Shown: one piece after another, positions 39,163 to 52,590 of the stretch
Numbering within the stretch: the stretch's first letter is position 1
Layout: every line of letters begins with the position of its first letter
From: Deinococcota bacterium
GTDB lineage: Bacteria; Deinococcota; Deinococci; Deinococcales; Thermaceae
Assembly: GCA_041695225.1 (NCBI GenBank)
Contig: JBGFRI010000046.1
Span: 32,001-96,000, forward strand
DNA: 64,000 nucleotides
Direction: 5' to 3'
Made by a program: the position numbers and the translations under genes
Notes under the pieces: generated by a model
The model's input: only the letters and a program-made list of their open reading frames with translations
The model's database searches: none
Told to the model about the DNA's origin: nothing

Positions 39163-39379
39163 TCCAGGCCTCCAAAAACCCTTCTCGATGCTCTTCAATT
39201 ATAGCGCGGATAGCACGCAACTCATGTGACGAAAAACGTTTAGAGCTTGCTAGTGTGACCGGTTGTAGCCAGAATTTTGCGAAGGACCGGTCCCGCCTAA
39301 CATGAACGTGAGGCGGTTCGTTTCGTTCATTGCTATAGAAGTAGAACCGGTAGTGTCCACTCCGTAGAACTGTTGGCAT
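39143..39379 (-). CDS. DUF4160 domain protein (putative toxin partner)
   Basis: MPTVLR, YRFYFYSNE, EPPHVHV and AKFWL motifs. Confidence 0.88.
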   Translation of the reverse strand: MPTVLRSGHYRFYFYSNERNEPPHVHVRRDRSFAKFWLQPVTLASSKRFSSHELRAIRAIIEEHREGFLEAWNEHIHR

Positions 39380-39418
39380 TTTTTCCCCACTGTCTTCGTG
39401 GCATAACCCCATAGTAGA

Positions 39419-39530
39419 GCGTCGAGGGTCGAAAGTCGAAGGCTAAAAACAAGAAGCTGGCGATCTTCGCGGAAGCTCTGGACTCTCACAGCCCCAGACC
39501 GACCTTAGACCTGCGACCTGCGACACTCTC
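39419..39530. repeat. Period-7 arrays in inverted arrangement
   Basis: gtcgagg gtcgaaa gtcgaag ... gacctta gacctgc gacctgc gac. Confidence 0.75.
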
Positions 39531-39582
39531 GAACGGCGCGTATCAGTCAAAACTGAGTTACCGAACCACTTAGCAATCAAGA

Positions 39583-40681
39583 TCAATCGTCATCGCCCAC
39601 AGCCACCGTCTGCCGCCGCCCCGCCTTCCATTCCAGCCCGGCCCAGATCAGGCTTTCCAGGTCGCCGTCCAGCACGTTTTCGGGGTCGTGGCGCATCTCG
39701 CCGGTGCGGTGGTCTTTGATGTACTGCTTGTCCAGCACGTAGCTGCGAATCTGGCTGCCCCACTCGATGGGGCGGGCTTCACCGCGCAGCCGGGCCAGCT
39801 CTTCCTGCTTCTTTTTGTACTCGATCTCGAATAGCCTCGAGCGCAGGATATTCATGGCCATCTCCTTGTTTTTCTGCTGGCTGCGGGTCACCTGACACTT
39901 GACCGTGATGCCGGTGGGCAGGTGCACCACCCGCACCGCCGAGTCGGTGGTGTTGACCCCCTGGCCGCCCTTGCCCTGGGAGCGCATAACGTCTATGCGC
40001 AGGTCTTCGGGGTTAATCTGGACATCTACCGATTCGTCTACCTCGGGCATTACCTCCAGTGCGGCAAAACTGGTCTGGCGCTTGCCCTGAGCGTTGAATG
40101 GGGAGGGCCGCACCAGGCGGTGTACCCCGGCCTCGGGTGAGATCAGGCCAAAAGCGTTCTCGCCCCGCACGATAAACTGGGCGTGGTCAATTCCGGCCTC
40201 TGCGCCGGGCTCGAGGTCAACCAGCTCGAGGGTAAATCCGTGCCGCTCGCCGAAGCGGGTGTACATGCGGTAGAGCATGCTGGCCCAGTCACAGGCCTCG
40301 GTGCCTCCCGCGCCGGGTTTGATGGTCACGATGGCGGCGTTTTCGGCGTAGGGGAACGAGAGCAGGGTCTGGTGATACAGCTCTTCAAGCTCCTGCTCGG
40401 CCTGCTTTAGCTCGGGCTGCAACTGATCGCGCTCAATGGCGCTCATCTCTGGCCATAGCTCCAGCAGCCCTTGAAGATCCGACTCCAGGCGCTTGTAGCT
40501 GTCCACTACCTTGCGCAGCCGGGCCGATTCTTGCGAAACCTTGCGGGCGTTGGCAGGATCGCTCCAGAGGCTGGGGTCGTTTATTTGCTGCTCGAGTTCT
40601 TTCAGTCGGGATTCTTTACCAGCAATGTCAAAGATACCCCCGGAGGGCCTCTAGTCGGTGTTCAAGGGTAGCTAGGTCCAT
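39583..40681 (-). CDS. prfB: Peptide chain release factor 2 (programmed +1 frameshift)
   Basis: ATG 40681 is followed by 17 codons and then GGGGG TAT CTT TGA C. The shifted frame has the SPF, GGQ and WGSQIRSY motifs. Confidence 0.97.
40627..40641 (-). promoter_or_regulatory. prfB frameshift cassette
   Basis: Internal SD-like GGGGG followed by TAT CTT TGA C. Confidence 0.93.
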
Positions 40682-40951
40682 AACACCTGAGTTTAGAGCC
40701 TGCAGGCCATCCGGTCAAACGCCTTTAGCAAAATAGCAGAAACCACGCAAGCCTATTTTGGCCGAGAGTGATTGTCCGGCCAGGGTGCCCCAAACTGGTC
40801 TAGACGACTTGGTCTGGCCCCGGTCATTGGAGTCATTCCCAGAATCACAAAGTCCCAGCATACAAACATGGCTAAGAGCCGGTTACTGGCTGTTAGAGCC
40901 GACAACAAACACGGCTACCCTGCAACTGTTCTAAAATGACCAAAACGTAAC

Positions 40952-41578
40952 TTAGGGCTCAGCCAGATCCATGACACCCAGACAGGCCCTCGAGCCTAGG
41001 TCATAGAGGAAGATGGGCTGACCAAATGCCACGACTTTACCGGGCCCGATCTCTTTGGCAAAAACCGACAGCTGCAAATTGCCAGGAATGTGTTCTATTT
41101 GTACCCCGTTAACCAGGGGCAGAAATCGTAGACGCTCGAGGCTTTGCTCTCCGGTGGCCTGTCCCATATCGCTTGCTTCTATCAGCAGAACCAGCTTTCG
41201 GCGTTGTTCGGGCTGCCCACCCAGGTAACGCACAGATACCAGCGGCACCGGAACGCCTGCCAGGGCCGAGAAGGTGATGGTGCCGATGGGCTTTGCCTGG
41301 TTGTCCTCGAGCTGGACTTGTTGCTCGAAGAGAATTCGGCTGCCAGCCTCGAGGGGTTCCCCACCCGTTCTTACGCGAATGCTCGGTGGCAGGCGCAAAA
41401 TCCGCAGCCCTCCTTTGGAAAGGATCAAGTTGAAGCCTAGCAAGCTGGTCATATTCAGCCTTTTGCCCAGATCCATGGAGTCCAGGCCGCCCAGATCAAG
41501 ACTAACCGGCCAACTGCCGTTGGGGATAAAGGTGGCCCTGCCCCAGCGCGCAGGCGTAGCTTGGTTTGGCTTTATCAT
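40952..41578 (-). CDS. Hypothetical protein
   Basis: 208-aa ORF with GGGAG upstream and protein-like composition; no recognised motif. Confidence 0.5.
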   Translation of the reverse strand: MIKPNQATPARWGRATFIPNGSWPVSLDLGGLDSMDLGKRLNMTSLLGFNLILSKGGLRILRLPPSIRVRTGGEPLEAGSRILFEQQVQLEDNQAKPIGTITFSALAGVPVPLVSVRYLGGQPEQRRKLVLLIEASDMGQATGEQSLERLRFLPLVNGVQIEHIPGNLQLSVFAKEIGPGKVVAFGQPIFLYDLGSRACLGVMDLAEP

Positions 41579-41909
41579 GGCAAAGCTCCCGATCAGTCGT
41601 CACTTACTGTACAATCCTCCAGCCCCGGCAAACGGCAGGATGACACCCACCTCAATGGCGCTGGGGTCAAGCAGTTTATGGCTTTTGGGGCAGTGCCAGA
41701 TGTGTCTCGCACACGGTGTACACTACTGCATTCTTGGCATATTTTGCATCCAGGGCAGAGCAGACCGGCAGGCCTGAATAGTATTAGGTGTATGAGCGCC
41801 GGACGGGTATCTTTACTTCACCACTGTAGGGCAGAACTCACTATTTGAATAGGCATCCTGGCCCTGGTTGTTTGGCGGCTTTTTTGCCAGAATAAGTCAG
41901 GAGGATTAT

Positions 41910-42269
41910 ATGCCACTTCTGGTTTGTCCTACATGCGAAAGCGGAATGAACGAGATCCAGCGCAACAATGTGCACATTGACGTCTGCCCCAAGTGCCGTG
42001 GGGTCTGGTTAGACGGCGGGGAGATGGAGAAACTGCTGGGCCAGGTGCGTCAGTTCGAACAGGAGTACGAGGCAGAGCTCGAGAGCTACCGCCGGCAGGC
42101 GCCTCAGCAGCACGTGCCGCCACGGAGCCCGGGCCAAGCCCCTCCGCCCCCACACCCGCAGCAGCGCCAAGATCAGCGCAATCCCTACGATACCGACGAC
42201 GATGACTACTACAAGCGCCATGGCAAGAGAAAGAGCAAACTGGGTAGGCTATTCGACATCTTCGACTAG
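41910..42269 (+). CDS. TFIIB-type zinc-ribbon protein
   Basis: CPTC...IDVCPKCRGVWLDGGE with a low-complexity tail ending LFDIFD; SD GGAGG. Confidence 0.88.
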   Translation: MPLLVCPTCESGMNEIQRNNVHIDVCPKCRGVWLDGGEMEKLLGQVRQFEQEYEAELESYRRQAPQQHVPPRSPGQAPPPPHPQQRQDQRNPYDTDDDDYYKRHGKRKSKLGRLFDIFD

Positions 42270-42283
42270 GCCCGACCCGACCC

Positions 42284-42315
42284 GCCGCCGGCCCATCCGG
42301 CGGCTTCATGTTTGT
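42284..42315 (+). terminator. Probable intrinsic terminator
   Basis: GCCGCCGG-cccat-CCGGCGGC followed by ttcatgttt. Confidence 0.55.
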
Positions 42316-42477
42316 AGCAGCAAAACGCTTTTGCTAGGCGACCTCTAGCGCAGTACGCAAACACAAATGCGAGATAGCCTCGAGGCGGCGCGTTTTTGCA
42401 TGGACAGAGGTAAGACATTAGCGTGAGCTAGCTGGTCACGGTGCTAATGAAACGAGTAGATACGGTTTTCTGAACAA

Positions 42478-42497
42478 CGACCCGTATAATCGGGTCG
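42478..42497 (+). promoter_or_regulatory. Perfect inverted repeat enclosing a TATAAT -10 box
   Basis: CGACCCG-TATAAT-CGGGTCG, ending 25 nt before the ligase start. Confidence 0.55.
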
Positions 42498-42522
42498 GAA
42501 GTGTGCAAAAAGGAGCTAACGT

Positions 42523-43662
42523 ATGGATCGAATCCAACGCCTTCGTACTGTGATTGCCGCCGCCCAACAACACCCGGTCTATGCCCACAAGCTAAGCGGG
42601 GTGGAGGTAAACAGCATCACCCCCGAGACCATAGCCATGCTGCCGCTGACTACCCGTCAGGAATGGCTGGCCCACATTCAAGCCAGTCCAAAGCCACCAC
42701 AGGGTGCCGCCCTGATGCACCTGACCCCCAGCCCGGCCATTGGCTGGATGCCCGAGTACCTTTCAGAGGAAGATGTAGAGTATCAGGCCCAGGCACTCGG
42801 TGGGCAGATGCGCCGGTTGGGTGCGGCGGGCAAGAAGGCCCTGGTGGCTTTTGGTTACCACATTTTTGCGGGCGGCTGGCTATTTCACCAGGCTTTACAA
42901 AGGGCGGGTGCGATGGTGCTGCCCCATGGCCCCGGCGAGGCTGAGCGAATCGTGCAACTTCAACAGCAGTATGGTTTCGAGGTTCTGGTTTCTAACCCCA
43001 GTTTTGCTTTGAAGATTGCCCAGGCCGGAGGAAGATTTGAGCTACTGATGGCGGGCGGAGAACCTTTTACCTCGGTTCCCGGCTACCGCGAAAAGCTGGA
43101 ACAAGCCCTCGGCGGGATAGCCGTGGATGCCTATGGAACTTCCGAACTTGGCGTGGTAGCGGGGGAGAGCCTGGCCAAGAACGGCCTCTGGGAGATACCG
43201 GAGATGGCCATTGTAGAGATTCTGGATCCCGAGACGCTGCAACCCACCCCCGATGGTGAAAAGGGGGAGATGGTCGTTACCGCACTGTCCCGCACGCTGA
43301 TGCCCATGATCCGCTTCCGCACCGGTGATCTGGCGCTGGTGGCGCGCAAAGACGGCCAGGTCTGCCTTCCCAGGGGGGTGATTGGTCGCACTGATCTGAT
43401 GGTTAAGGTAAAGGGGGTCAAGCTATACCCTACCGAGCTGGCGCCGCTGCTTATGGCTTTTGGCATTGACCCCCGTTCGGGGGCGCAGCTGGTGGTTGAG
43501 ACCAAAGACGGCGGAACCGACAAACTCACGTTGCGAATCAAGTCCGAGTCGGTGCCGCCTCAGCTTGGCCCTGCCCTGCAACAAGCCACCGGCATTCGTC
43601 TGGACGATATACAGGCCGACCCTACCCTTGAAGGACCGCCACTGGTAGACAAGCGGTACTGA
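42523..43662 (+). CDS. Phenylacetate--CoA ligase (PaaK/F390)-like protein
   Basis: GGEP, DAYGTSE, EILDPET, GEMVVT, RFRTGD and GRTDLMVKVKGV motifs. The P-loop region is atypical (HLTPSP). Confidence 0.8.
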   Translation: MDRIQRLRTVIAAAQQHPVYAHKLSGVEVNSITPETIAMLPLTTRQEWLAHIQASPKPPQGAALMHLTPSPAIGWMPEYLSEEDVEYQAQALGGQMRRLGAAGKKALVAFGYHIFAGGWLFHQALQRAGAMVLPHGPGEAERIVQLQQQYGFEVLVSNPSFALKIAQAGGRFELLMAGGEPFTSVPGYREKLEQALGGIAVDAYGTSELGVVAGESLAKNGLWEIPEMAIVEILDPETLQPTPDGEKGEMVVTALSRTLMPMIRFRTGDLALVARKDGQVCLPRGVIGRTDLMVKVKGVKLYPTELAPLLMAFGIDPRSGAQLVVETKDGGTDKLTLRIKSESVPPQLGPALQQATGIRLDDIQADPTLEGPPLVDKRY

Positions 43663-44103
43663 ACTAGGTGCTCGGCTTGCAGGTACTGGCCAGAAAACAA
43701 AATAGTCAAAGTCCCCAACCCGTGACTGCTTTTATGGAGCATCAGGCCGCATGCATGAGTTCCACCTCGCAGCCGAGATCATTAAGCCCCGCCGGACCAG
43801 GCAGGTGATGTTCTTCGACATGTTCAGCCGGCCACCCACGTCCCGACGACAGGCCGGAGAATACAAAGTGCCCTGCTTCATGCTCCGGGTTCCGACGGAC
43901 GGATGGGCAACTCTTTAGCTCATATTGCTGTGTTCCAGGCTAGAATTCAGGTTACAGGCCTGGTGAGTACGTGAGGGGTTGGTTAGGCTGGTTAGATGGG
44001 GGTGGTTGCGCCGGCAAATTGTTCTTGAATGATATTTGCGCCTCGAGGGTGGAAGTGTAAGATGTGAGCGAGATGTGCGGCAGGCAGAAGGGTGTTCGAG
44101 TTC

Positions 44104-44121
44104 TCGTGAAGACCGGCACAA
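44104..44121 (+). promoter_or_regulatory. Possible Rex operator upstream of nuoA
   Basis: TCGTGAA-GACC-GGCACAA versus consensus TTGTGAA-N4-TTCACAA. Lies downstream of TTGCGC-16-TAAGAT. Confidence 0.4.
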
Positions 44122-44146
44122 GGTCGGCCGCTAAAAAAGGAGGCGA

Positions 44147-44506
44147 ATGTCACCGATAAGTGAGTACCAGGCCCTGCTGGTTTATCTGGCGGTTGCCGTT
44201 GGCATTGCTGTGCTGGCAACGGCGGTGGGGGCCTTGCTCGGCCCTAAAAAGGGCGGGCGCTTCAAGCTAATGCCCTACGAGTCAGGCAACGACCCCGCTG
44301 GGGAGGTCAAGCGCTTCCCGGTACACTTCTATGCCATAGCCATGCTCTTCATCATCTTTGACGTAGAGGTGGCCTTTTTCTGGCCCTATGCGGTGAGCGC
44401 TGGGGCGGTAGGAGTGGCGGGCTTCTGGGGCCTGGTGGTCTTTACAGTGCTTTTGTTTGTAGGTTTTCTGTATGAGTGGTACAAGGGTGTGATGAAGTGG
44501 CACTGA
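44147..44506 (+). CDS. nuoA: NADH-quinone oxidoreductase subunit A (Nqo7)
   Basis: PYESGNDP and FIIFDVEVAF motifs. Confidence 0.96.
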   Translation: MSPISEYQALLVYLAVAVGIAVLATAVGALLGPKKGGRFKLMPYESGNDPAGEVKRFPVHFYAIAMLFIIFDVEVAFFWPYAVSAGAVGVAGFWGLVVFTVLLFVGFLYEWYKGVMKWH

Positions 44507-44589
44507 GGAGCCGAAAGCCCAAAGCTGAACGCTCGAAGCAGTCTTACACTTGGCTTTCGAATATAAGCCTTCGGCAGGGAGGTTACTGA

Positions 44590-45129
44590 ATGGCGACCAT
44601 TGCAGACTTATTTACCAAAGATGTGCAGGAGCTAGAAAACCACGGGGTTTTGTTTAGCACCCTCGAGAAACTTGTGGCCTGGGGGCGCTCTAACAGCCTG
44701 TGGCCGGCTACTTTTGGGCTGGCCTGCTGTGCCATTGAGATGATGGCCTCGACCAACGCCCGCAACGACCTTTCGCGCTTTGGTTCTGAGGTCTTTCGGG
44801 CCTCGCCGCGCCAGGCCGATGTGATGATTGTGGCCGGGCGGCTTTCGAAAAAGATGGCCCCGGTAATGCGCCGGGTCTACGATCAGATGCCCGACCCCAA
44901 ATGGGTGATCTCGATGGGCGCCTGCGCTTCGTCGGGGGGGATGTTTAACAACTATGCCATCGTGCAGAATGTGGACAGTGTAGTGCCTGTAGACATCTTT
45001 GTACCGGGCTGCCCGCCCCGGCCCGAAGCCCTGATCTATGCGGTCATGCAGCTTCAAAAGAAAATTATGGGAGCTGCCCGAGACGACCATGGCCGCAAAC
45101 TACCCAAAATTGAGGCCTGGAAAAGATAA
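44590..45129 (+). CDS. nuoB: NADH-quinone oxidoreductase subunit B (Nqo6)
   Basis: [16 protein letters not shown] and PGCPPRPE motifs. Confidence 0.97.
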   Translation: MATIADLFTKDVQELENHGVLFSTLEKLVAWGRSNSLWPATFGLACCAIEMMASTNARNDLSRFGSEVFRASPRQADVMIVAGRLSKKMAPVMRRVYDQMPDPKWVISMGACASSGGMFNNYAIVQNVDSVVPVDIFVPGCPPRPEALIYAVMQLQKKIMGAARDDHGRKLPKIEAWKR

Positions 45130-45140
45130 GCGAGGTGGCA

Positions 45141-45764
45141 ATGCACAGATTGGCAAGCCTGAAAGACGAAGCCGGTAGAAAAGGCTGGGAGGTGGAAGAA
45201 GCCCACGGTAGTACCTGGGTGGTGGTACCTAGAACAGACTTTAAGCCCCTCATGGCTGGGCTAAAGAGCCAGGGCTGGAACTACCTGGCCGATCTGGTGG
45301 GAATTGACTACCTCACCTACCCCAGCCCCAGGCTCGAGCGCTTTTGTGTAGTGTACGAGCTGGTCTCGCTGCCGGGTTATCAGGGTGGGGATGGCAGCAG
45401 GGTCTTTATCCGGGTTTTTGTGCCAGAGTCTGCCCCTAGCCTTCCCAGCCTGACCGACCTGTGGATGGGCGCCGACTACCTCGAGCGCGAGGTTTACGAC
45501 CTGATGGGAGTTCGTTTTGAAGGCCACCCCGACCTGCGCAAGATCCTGACCCCCGAAGACCTCGAGGGCTACCCACTACGAAAAGACTTTCCGCTGGGTG
45601 AAACCCCCACCCTTTTTAAAGAGGGGCGCTTCATTGACCCCGATGCCTTTCGGGCCGGTCTTACAGGCTACCAGAGCGGCATGACCGGCTGGCGCGGCGG
45701 CTCGCGTAAGGGCTACCAGGATTCTGTCGAAAAAGTCCAGAAGGCTATCAAAGGAGGGCAGTAG
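45141..45764 (+). CDS. nuoC: NADH-quinone oxidoreductase subunit C (Nqo5)
   Basis: [18 protein letters not shown] and PLRKDFP motifs. Confidence 0.96.
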   Translation: MHRLASLKDEAGRKGWEVEEAHGSTWVVVPRTDFKPLMAGLKSQGWNYLADLVGIDYLTYPSPRLERFCVVYELVSLPGYQGGDGSRVFIRVFVPESAPSLPSLTDLWMGADYLEREVYDLMGVRFEGHPDLRKILTPEDLEGYPLRKDFPLGETPTLFKEGRFIDPDAFRAGLTGYQSGMTGWRGGSRKGYQDSVEKVQKAIKGGQ

Positions 45765-47008
45765 TGGCCCGCGACCCGGTTCTTCACAGCCCTTCGAACG
45801 AAGCCTACGAGATTGCCGATGCGCCAGAGTTGAGATCGGAGGTCATGACCCTCAACGTGGGGCCGCAACACCCCTCCACTCACGGGGTATTGCGGGTGGT
45901 GGTGGACCTGTCGGGGGAGCAGATCCTGCGCCTGACCCCACATGTCGGGTATCTTCACACGGGCTTCGAGAAAAACATGGAGTACCGCACCTATACCCAG
46001 TGCATCACCTATACCCCCCGCATGGACTACCTGCACAGCTTCGCCCACGACCTGGCCTATGCCCTCTGCGTGGAAAAGCTAGTTGGGGCCCAGGTGCCAC
46101 CCAGGGCAGAGGCCGTCCGAATTCTGCTCAACGAACTCTCGCGCATCTCGTCTCACCTGGTCTTTTTGGGAACCGGGATGCTGGACTTTGGCGCGCTGAC
46201 GCCGTATTTCTATACTTTTCGCGAGCGCGAGACGGTGCTCGACCTGTTTGAGTGGGTTTCGGGTCAGCGTTTTCACCACAACTACATCCGCATTGGTGGT
46301 CTGAAGGAAGACCTGCCTGCCGAGTTCCTAAGCGAGGTAAAGAAGTTTGCCGTGCAGATGCCTGGGCGTATAGACGAGTACGAGGCCTTGTTCAAAGAAA
46401 GCCCCATCTTCTACGAGCGGGCTCGAGGGGTCTCGGTGATCCCGGCCGAGGTTGCCATCAACCTGTCGCTCACCGGCGGCAGTCTGCGGGCATCTGGGGT
46501 GAGCTACGATGTGCGCAAGGCCTACCCCTATGCCGGTTATGAGAGCTATAGCTTTGAGGTGCCGGTGCTATATGGGGGCGATGTCTACGACCGCATGGTA
46601 ATTCGCCTCTTGGAGATGCGCGAGTCGCTCAAGATTATCAAACAGGCTATCGAGAGGCTCGAGGCCATTGGGCCTGGCCCCATCCGCGACCCCAACCCGC
46701 AAATTTCGCTGCCGCCCCGCGAGCTACTGGAAACCTCGATGGAGGCCGTGATCTACCATTTCAAGCTGGTTACCGAGGGCTTCCACCCGGCTTTGGGCGA
46801 GGTTTACCTGCCCACCGAGAGCGCTAGGGGTGAGCTGGGTTATTACATTGTCTCAGACGGCGGCTCGATGCCCTACCGGGTCAAGGTGCGGGCCCCCAGC
46901 TTTGTTAACCTGCAAAGCCTGCCCTACGCCTGCAAAGGCGTCCAGATGGCGGATATGGTGGCGGTTATCGCCTCGCTCGACCCGGTGATGGGGGATGTAG
47001 ATCGCTAA
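45764..47008 (+). CDS. nuoD: NADH-quinone oxidoreductase subunit D (Nqo4)
   Basis: [27 protein letters not shown] and DPVMGDVDR motifs. Confidence 0.97.
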   Translation: MARDPVLHSPSNEAYEIADAPELRSEVMTLNVGPQHPSTHGVLRVVVDLSGEQILRLTPHVGYLHTGFEKNMEYRTYTQCITYTPRMDYLHSFAHDLAYALCVEKLVGAQVPPRAEAVRILLNELSRISSHLVFLGTGMLDFGALTPYFYTFRERETVLDLFEWVSGQRFHHNYIRIGGLKEDLPAEFLSEVKKFAVQMPGRIDEYEALFKESPIFYERARGVSVIPAEVAINLSLTGGSLRASGVSYDVRKAYPYAGYESYSFEVPVLYGGDVYDRMVIRLLEMRESLKIIKQAIERLEAIGPGPIRDPNPQISLPPRELLETSMEAVIYHFKLVTEGFHPALGEVYLPTESARGELGYYIVSDGGSMPYRVKVRAPSFVNLQSLPYACKGVQMADMVAVIASLDPVMGDVDR

Positions 47009-47082
47009 TTGTCGCACGTCTGACGTCACATGACCAAGGATACTGACCTGAGACCTGTGACCTGAGACCTGTGTGGAGGACT

Positions 47083-47646
47083 ATGGGATTCTTTGACGAC
47101 AAGCAAGACTGGCTGGCAGAAGTCTATGCTCAGTACCCCGCTACTACCGAGGGGCGGCGAGCCGCCCTGATGCCCATGCTGCGGCGGGTGCAGCAGGACG
47201 AGGGCTGGGTTAGCTCACAGCGCCAGGAAGAAATCGCGCAGATTCTGGGCATCACCCCTACTTCGGTAGCAGGGGTGATGAGTTTTTACAGCTACTATCA
47301 GGCCCTGCCAACCGGCAAGTATCACCTCCAGGTCTGCGCCACCCTTTCGTGTGCAATTGCCGGCGCAGAACAGCTGTGGGACCAGTTGGTAGAAGAGTTG
47401 CAGATTCTTCGGGGCGAGGTTAGCCGCGACGGCCTTTTCAGTATTCAGAAAGTCGAGTGCCTGGGTAGTTGCCACACTGCCCCGGTGGTACAGGTCAACG
47501 ACGAGCCCTATATGGAGTGCGTGACTAGGGCCAGGCTTTATGCCCTTCTGCACGGCCTGCGCCAAGGCAAGAGCCTTGAAGAAATTGAGCTCCCAGGCAA
47601 GGCCGGTCACGTCGTGCACACTCGAGGAGACGAGGTGGCACTGTGA
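47083..47646 (+). CDS. nuoE: NADH-quinone oxidoreductase subunit E (Nqo2)
   Basis: CATLSC and ECLGSC motifs; GGAGG before ATG 47083. Confidence 0.96.
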   Translation: MGFFDDKQDWLAEVYAQYPATTEGRRAALMPMLRRVQQDEGWVSSQRQEEIAQILGITPTSVAGVMSFYSYYQALPTGKYHLQVCATLSCAIAGAEQLWDQLVEELQILRGEVSRDGLFSIQKVECLGSCHTAPVVQVNDEPYMECVTRARLYALLHGLRQGKSLEEIELPGKAGHVVHTRGDEVAL

Positions 47647-48958
47647 GCACTGGGCCCATTGTGAGTGGAAAAGACCCGCGCTTTGAGGTGACCCTGTACA
47701 AGCATGTGGGCCAGCCTGGCTCCTGGGGCCTTGCCTACTATCTTGCCCACGGTGGATACCAGCCAGTTCGCAAGGCCATTGCACAGGGGCGGGACTGGGT
47801 GGTGGAGGAGATGAAAAAGTCTGGCCTGCGCGGGCGGGGCGGGGCCGGTTTCCCCACCGGCATGAAGTGGAGCTTCATGCCCAAAAACAGCGGGAAACAG
47901 CACTATATTGTCTGTAACGCCGATGAGTCGGAGCCAGGCAGTTTCAAAGACCGTTATCTGATGGAAGACGACCCCCACCAGCTAATTGAGGGAATGATCA
48001 TAGCCGGGGTGGGGATCGGAGCCAGCAAAGGCTACATATACGTCCGGGGCGAGTATCGGCAGGCCTACGACCGCCTGGTTGTAGCTATAAAGGAGGCCTA
48101 TGACCAGGGCTATCTGGGCCAGAATGTGCTGAATACTGGTTTTAGCTTCGACCTGTATGTGCACCGGGGGGCTGGGGCCTACATCTGCGGTGAGGAGACC
48201 GCGCTGATGAACTCCCTCGAGGGCCTGCGAGCCACCCCCCGCATGAAGCCGCCCTTCCCGGCCCAGGCGGGCCTTTGGGGGATGCCCACCACCATCAACA
48301 ATGTTGAGTCCATCTGTTCGGCGGTGCATATCATCGCTCGCGGAGCAGACTGGTTTGCCAGCATGGGCACGGAAAAATCCCGAGGGCACAAGCTCTTTCA
48401 GGTTAGCGGCCCCTTCCAGCGCCCTGGGGTATACGAGCTGCCGCTGGGCGCTACTTTCCGCGAGCTGCTCTACGAGTTTGCCGGAGGGCCCACCGAGCCG
48501 ATCCAGGCTATCATCCCTGGGGGTTCTTCCTGCCCGCCGCTGCCCTGGACCCAGGAAATTCTGGATACCCCCATGGAGTACGAGTCGTTGAGCGCAAAGG
48601 GCTCGCTCTTGGGCACGGGTGGGGTGATTGGCATCCCGGCCAGTATGAGCATGGTGGATGTCATGTGGAACCTGACCCGCTTCTATGGCCACGAGTCCTG
48701 CGGTAAGTGTACCCCTTGCCGCGAGGGGGTCTCGGGCTGGATGACGGCGTTATTCAAAAAGATGGGTACCGGGCAGGGGCAGAAGGGCGATGTGGAGCTG
48801 CTGGAAAACCTGCTGGGCCAGATTGAAGGCCGCAGCTTCTGCGCCCTGGCCGACGCGGCCTGCTGGCCGGTGCGGGGAAGCCTGAAGCACTTCCGTGACC
48901 AGTATGAAGATCTTGTCGCGAACGGCGAAGCCGTCCAACGCACCAGCCGCTGGGGGTA

Positions 48959-48959
<1 letters not shown>
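47643..48959 (+). CDS. nuoF: NADH-quinone oxidoreductase subunit F (Nqo1)
   Basis: [31 protein letters not shown] and [12 protein letters not shown] motifs. Confidence 0.97.
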
Positions 48960-51324
<2,365 letters not shown>

Positions 51325-51328
<4 letters not shown>

Positions 51329-52590
51329 AGGCCGAAAGCCTAAAGCCTAAGGTCGAAGGCCAACAACGGCTCTGGTTATCAGCCCCAAAGCGGGTCTTGG
51401 TTAGTGCAGTGTTTTTTACCAGTATCGCTACGGCCGCCGAGGCGGTTCCTGCTGATTCCAATGCCACCGACCCCTTGTGGATGGTGGGCATCAAGGCCTT
51501 TCTGGTGGTGTTGGGCCTTTTGACGGCCTTTGCCTATATGACCCTGATCGAGCGGCGCCTGCTGGCCCGCATCCAGGTTCGCCAGGGCCCTAACCGGGTA
51601 GGGCCAGGTGGCCTGTTTCAGCCCATTGCCGATGCGATAAAGTCCATTTTTAAAGAAGACATAGTGGTTTCCCGAGCCGACAGGGTGATCTTTATTCTTG
51701 CGCCCATGATCTCGGTCACCTTTGCCCTGCTCACCTTTGGCCTGATCCCTTTTGGACCCGAGGACGCTTTTTTTGGCTACGACCCCTGGGTTATTAACCT
51801 CGATGTTGGTATTCTGTACGTCTTTGCCATATCGGAGATGGCCATTTATGGCATCTTCCTGGCGGGCTGGGCCTCTAACTCCAAGTACTCGTTGCTTGGC
51901 TCACTCCGTTCTGCTGCTTCGCTGGTCTCCTACGAGCTGGCGCTGGGAATAAGCTTGGTTGCTCCAGTTGTGCTGGTGGGGTCTTTAAACTTGCAGGAAA
52001 TTGTCAACTGGCAGCATGAAAATGGCTGGCTAATCCTGTATATGTTGCCCGCTTTCGCCATTTTTCTGCTGGCCAGTATGGCCGAGGCGGCCCGAACGCC
52101 TTTTGACCTTCCCGAGGCCGAACAGGAGCTGGTGGGGGGGTATAACACCGAGTACAGCTCGATCAAGTGGGCCTTGTTCCAGATGGCCGAGTATATTCAC
52201 CTGATTACCGCTGCTGCCCTGATTCCCACTATCTTTTTAGGGGGCTGGCGGATGCCTGCTTTCATGGAACAGCTCCCCCTCATTGGCCCAGTCTTCGCGC
52301 TGCCTTTTGTCTGGATGTTTGCCAAGATTGCCCTGTTTTTGTTTTTCTTCATCTGGGTGCGCGGCACCCTCTTCCGCCTGCGCTACGACCAGCTGATGCT
52401 ATTTTGCTGGGGGCGCTTGTTCCCGCTGGCGCTTTTGTGGTTTTTGGTGGCGGCTTTTGTGATGGCCTACCAGCTACCCATTGCGGTGCTGGGCTGGCTA
52501 TCGCTCGCAAGCCTGGCTGCCTTTACAGTTTATGTAATTCTGACGGCCAGACCCAAAACCATGCCCCGTACGAAAGGAGCTGATAGATGA
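51325..52590 (+). CDS. nuoH: NADH-quinone oxidoreductase subunit H (Nqo8), N-terminally extended
   Basis: [18 protein letters not shown] and [13 protein letters not shown] motifs; ATGA overlap with nuoG and SD GGAGG. Confidence 0.96.
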
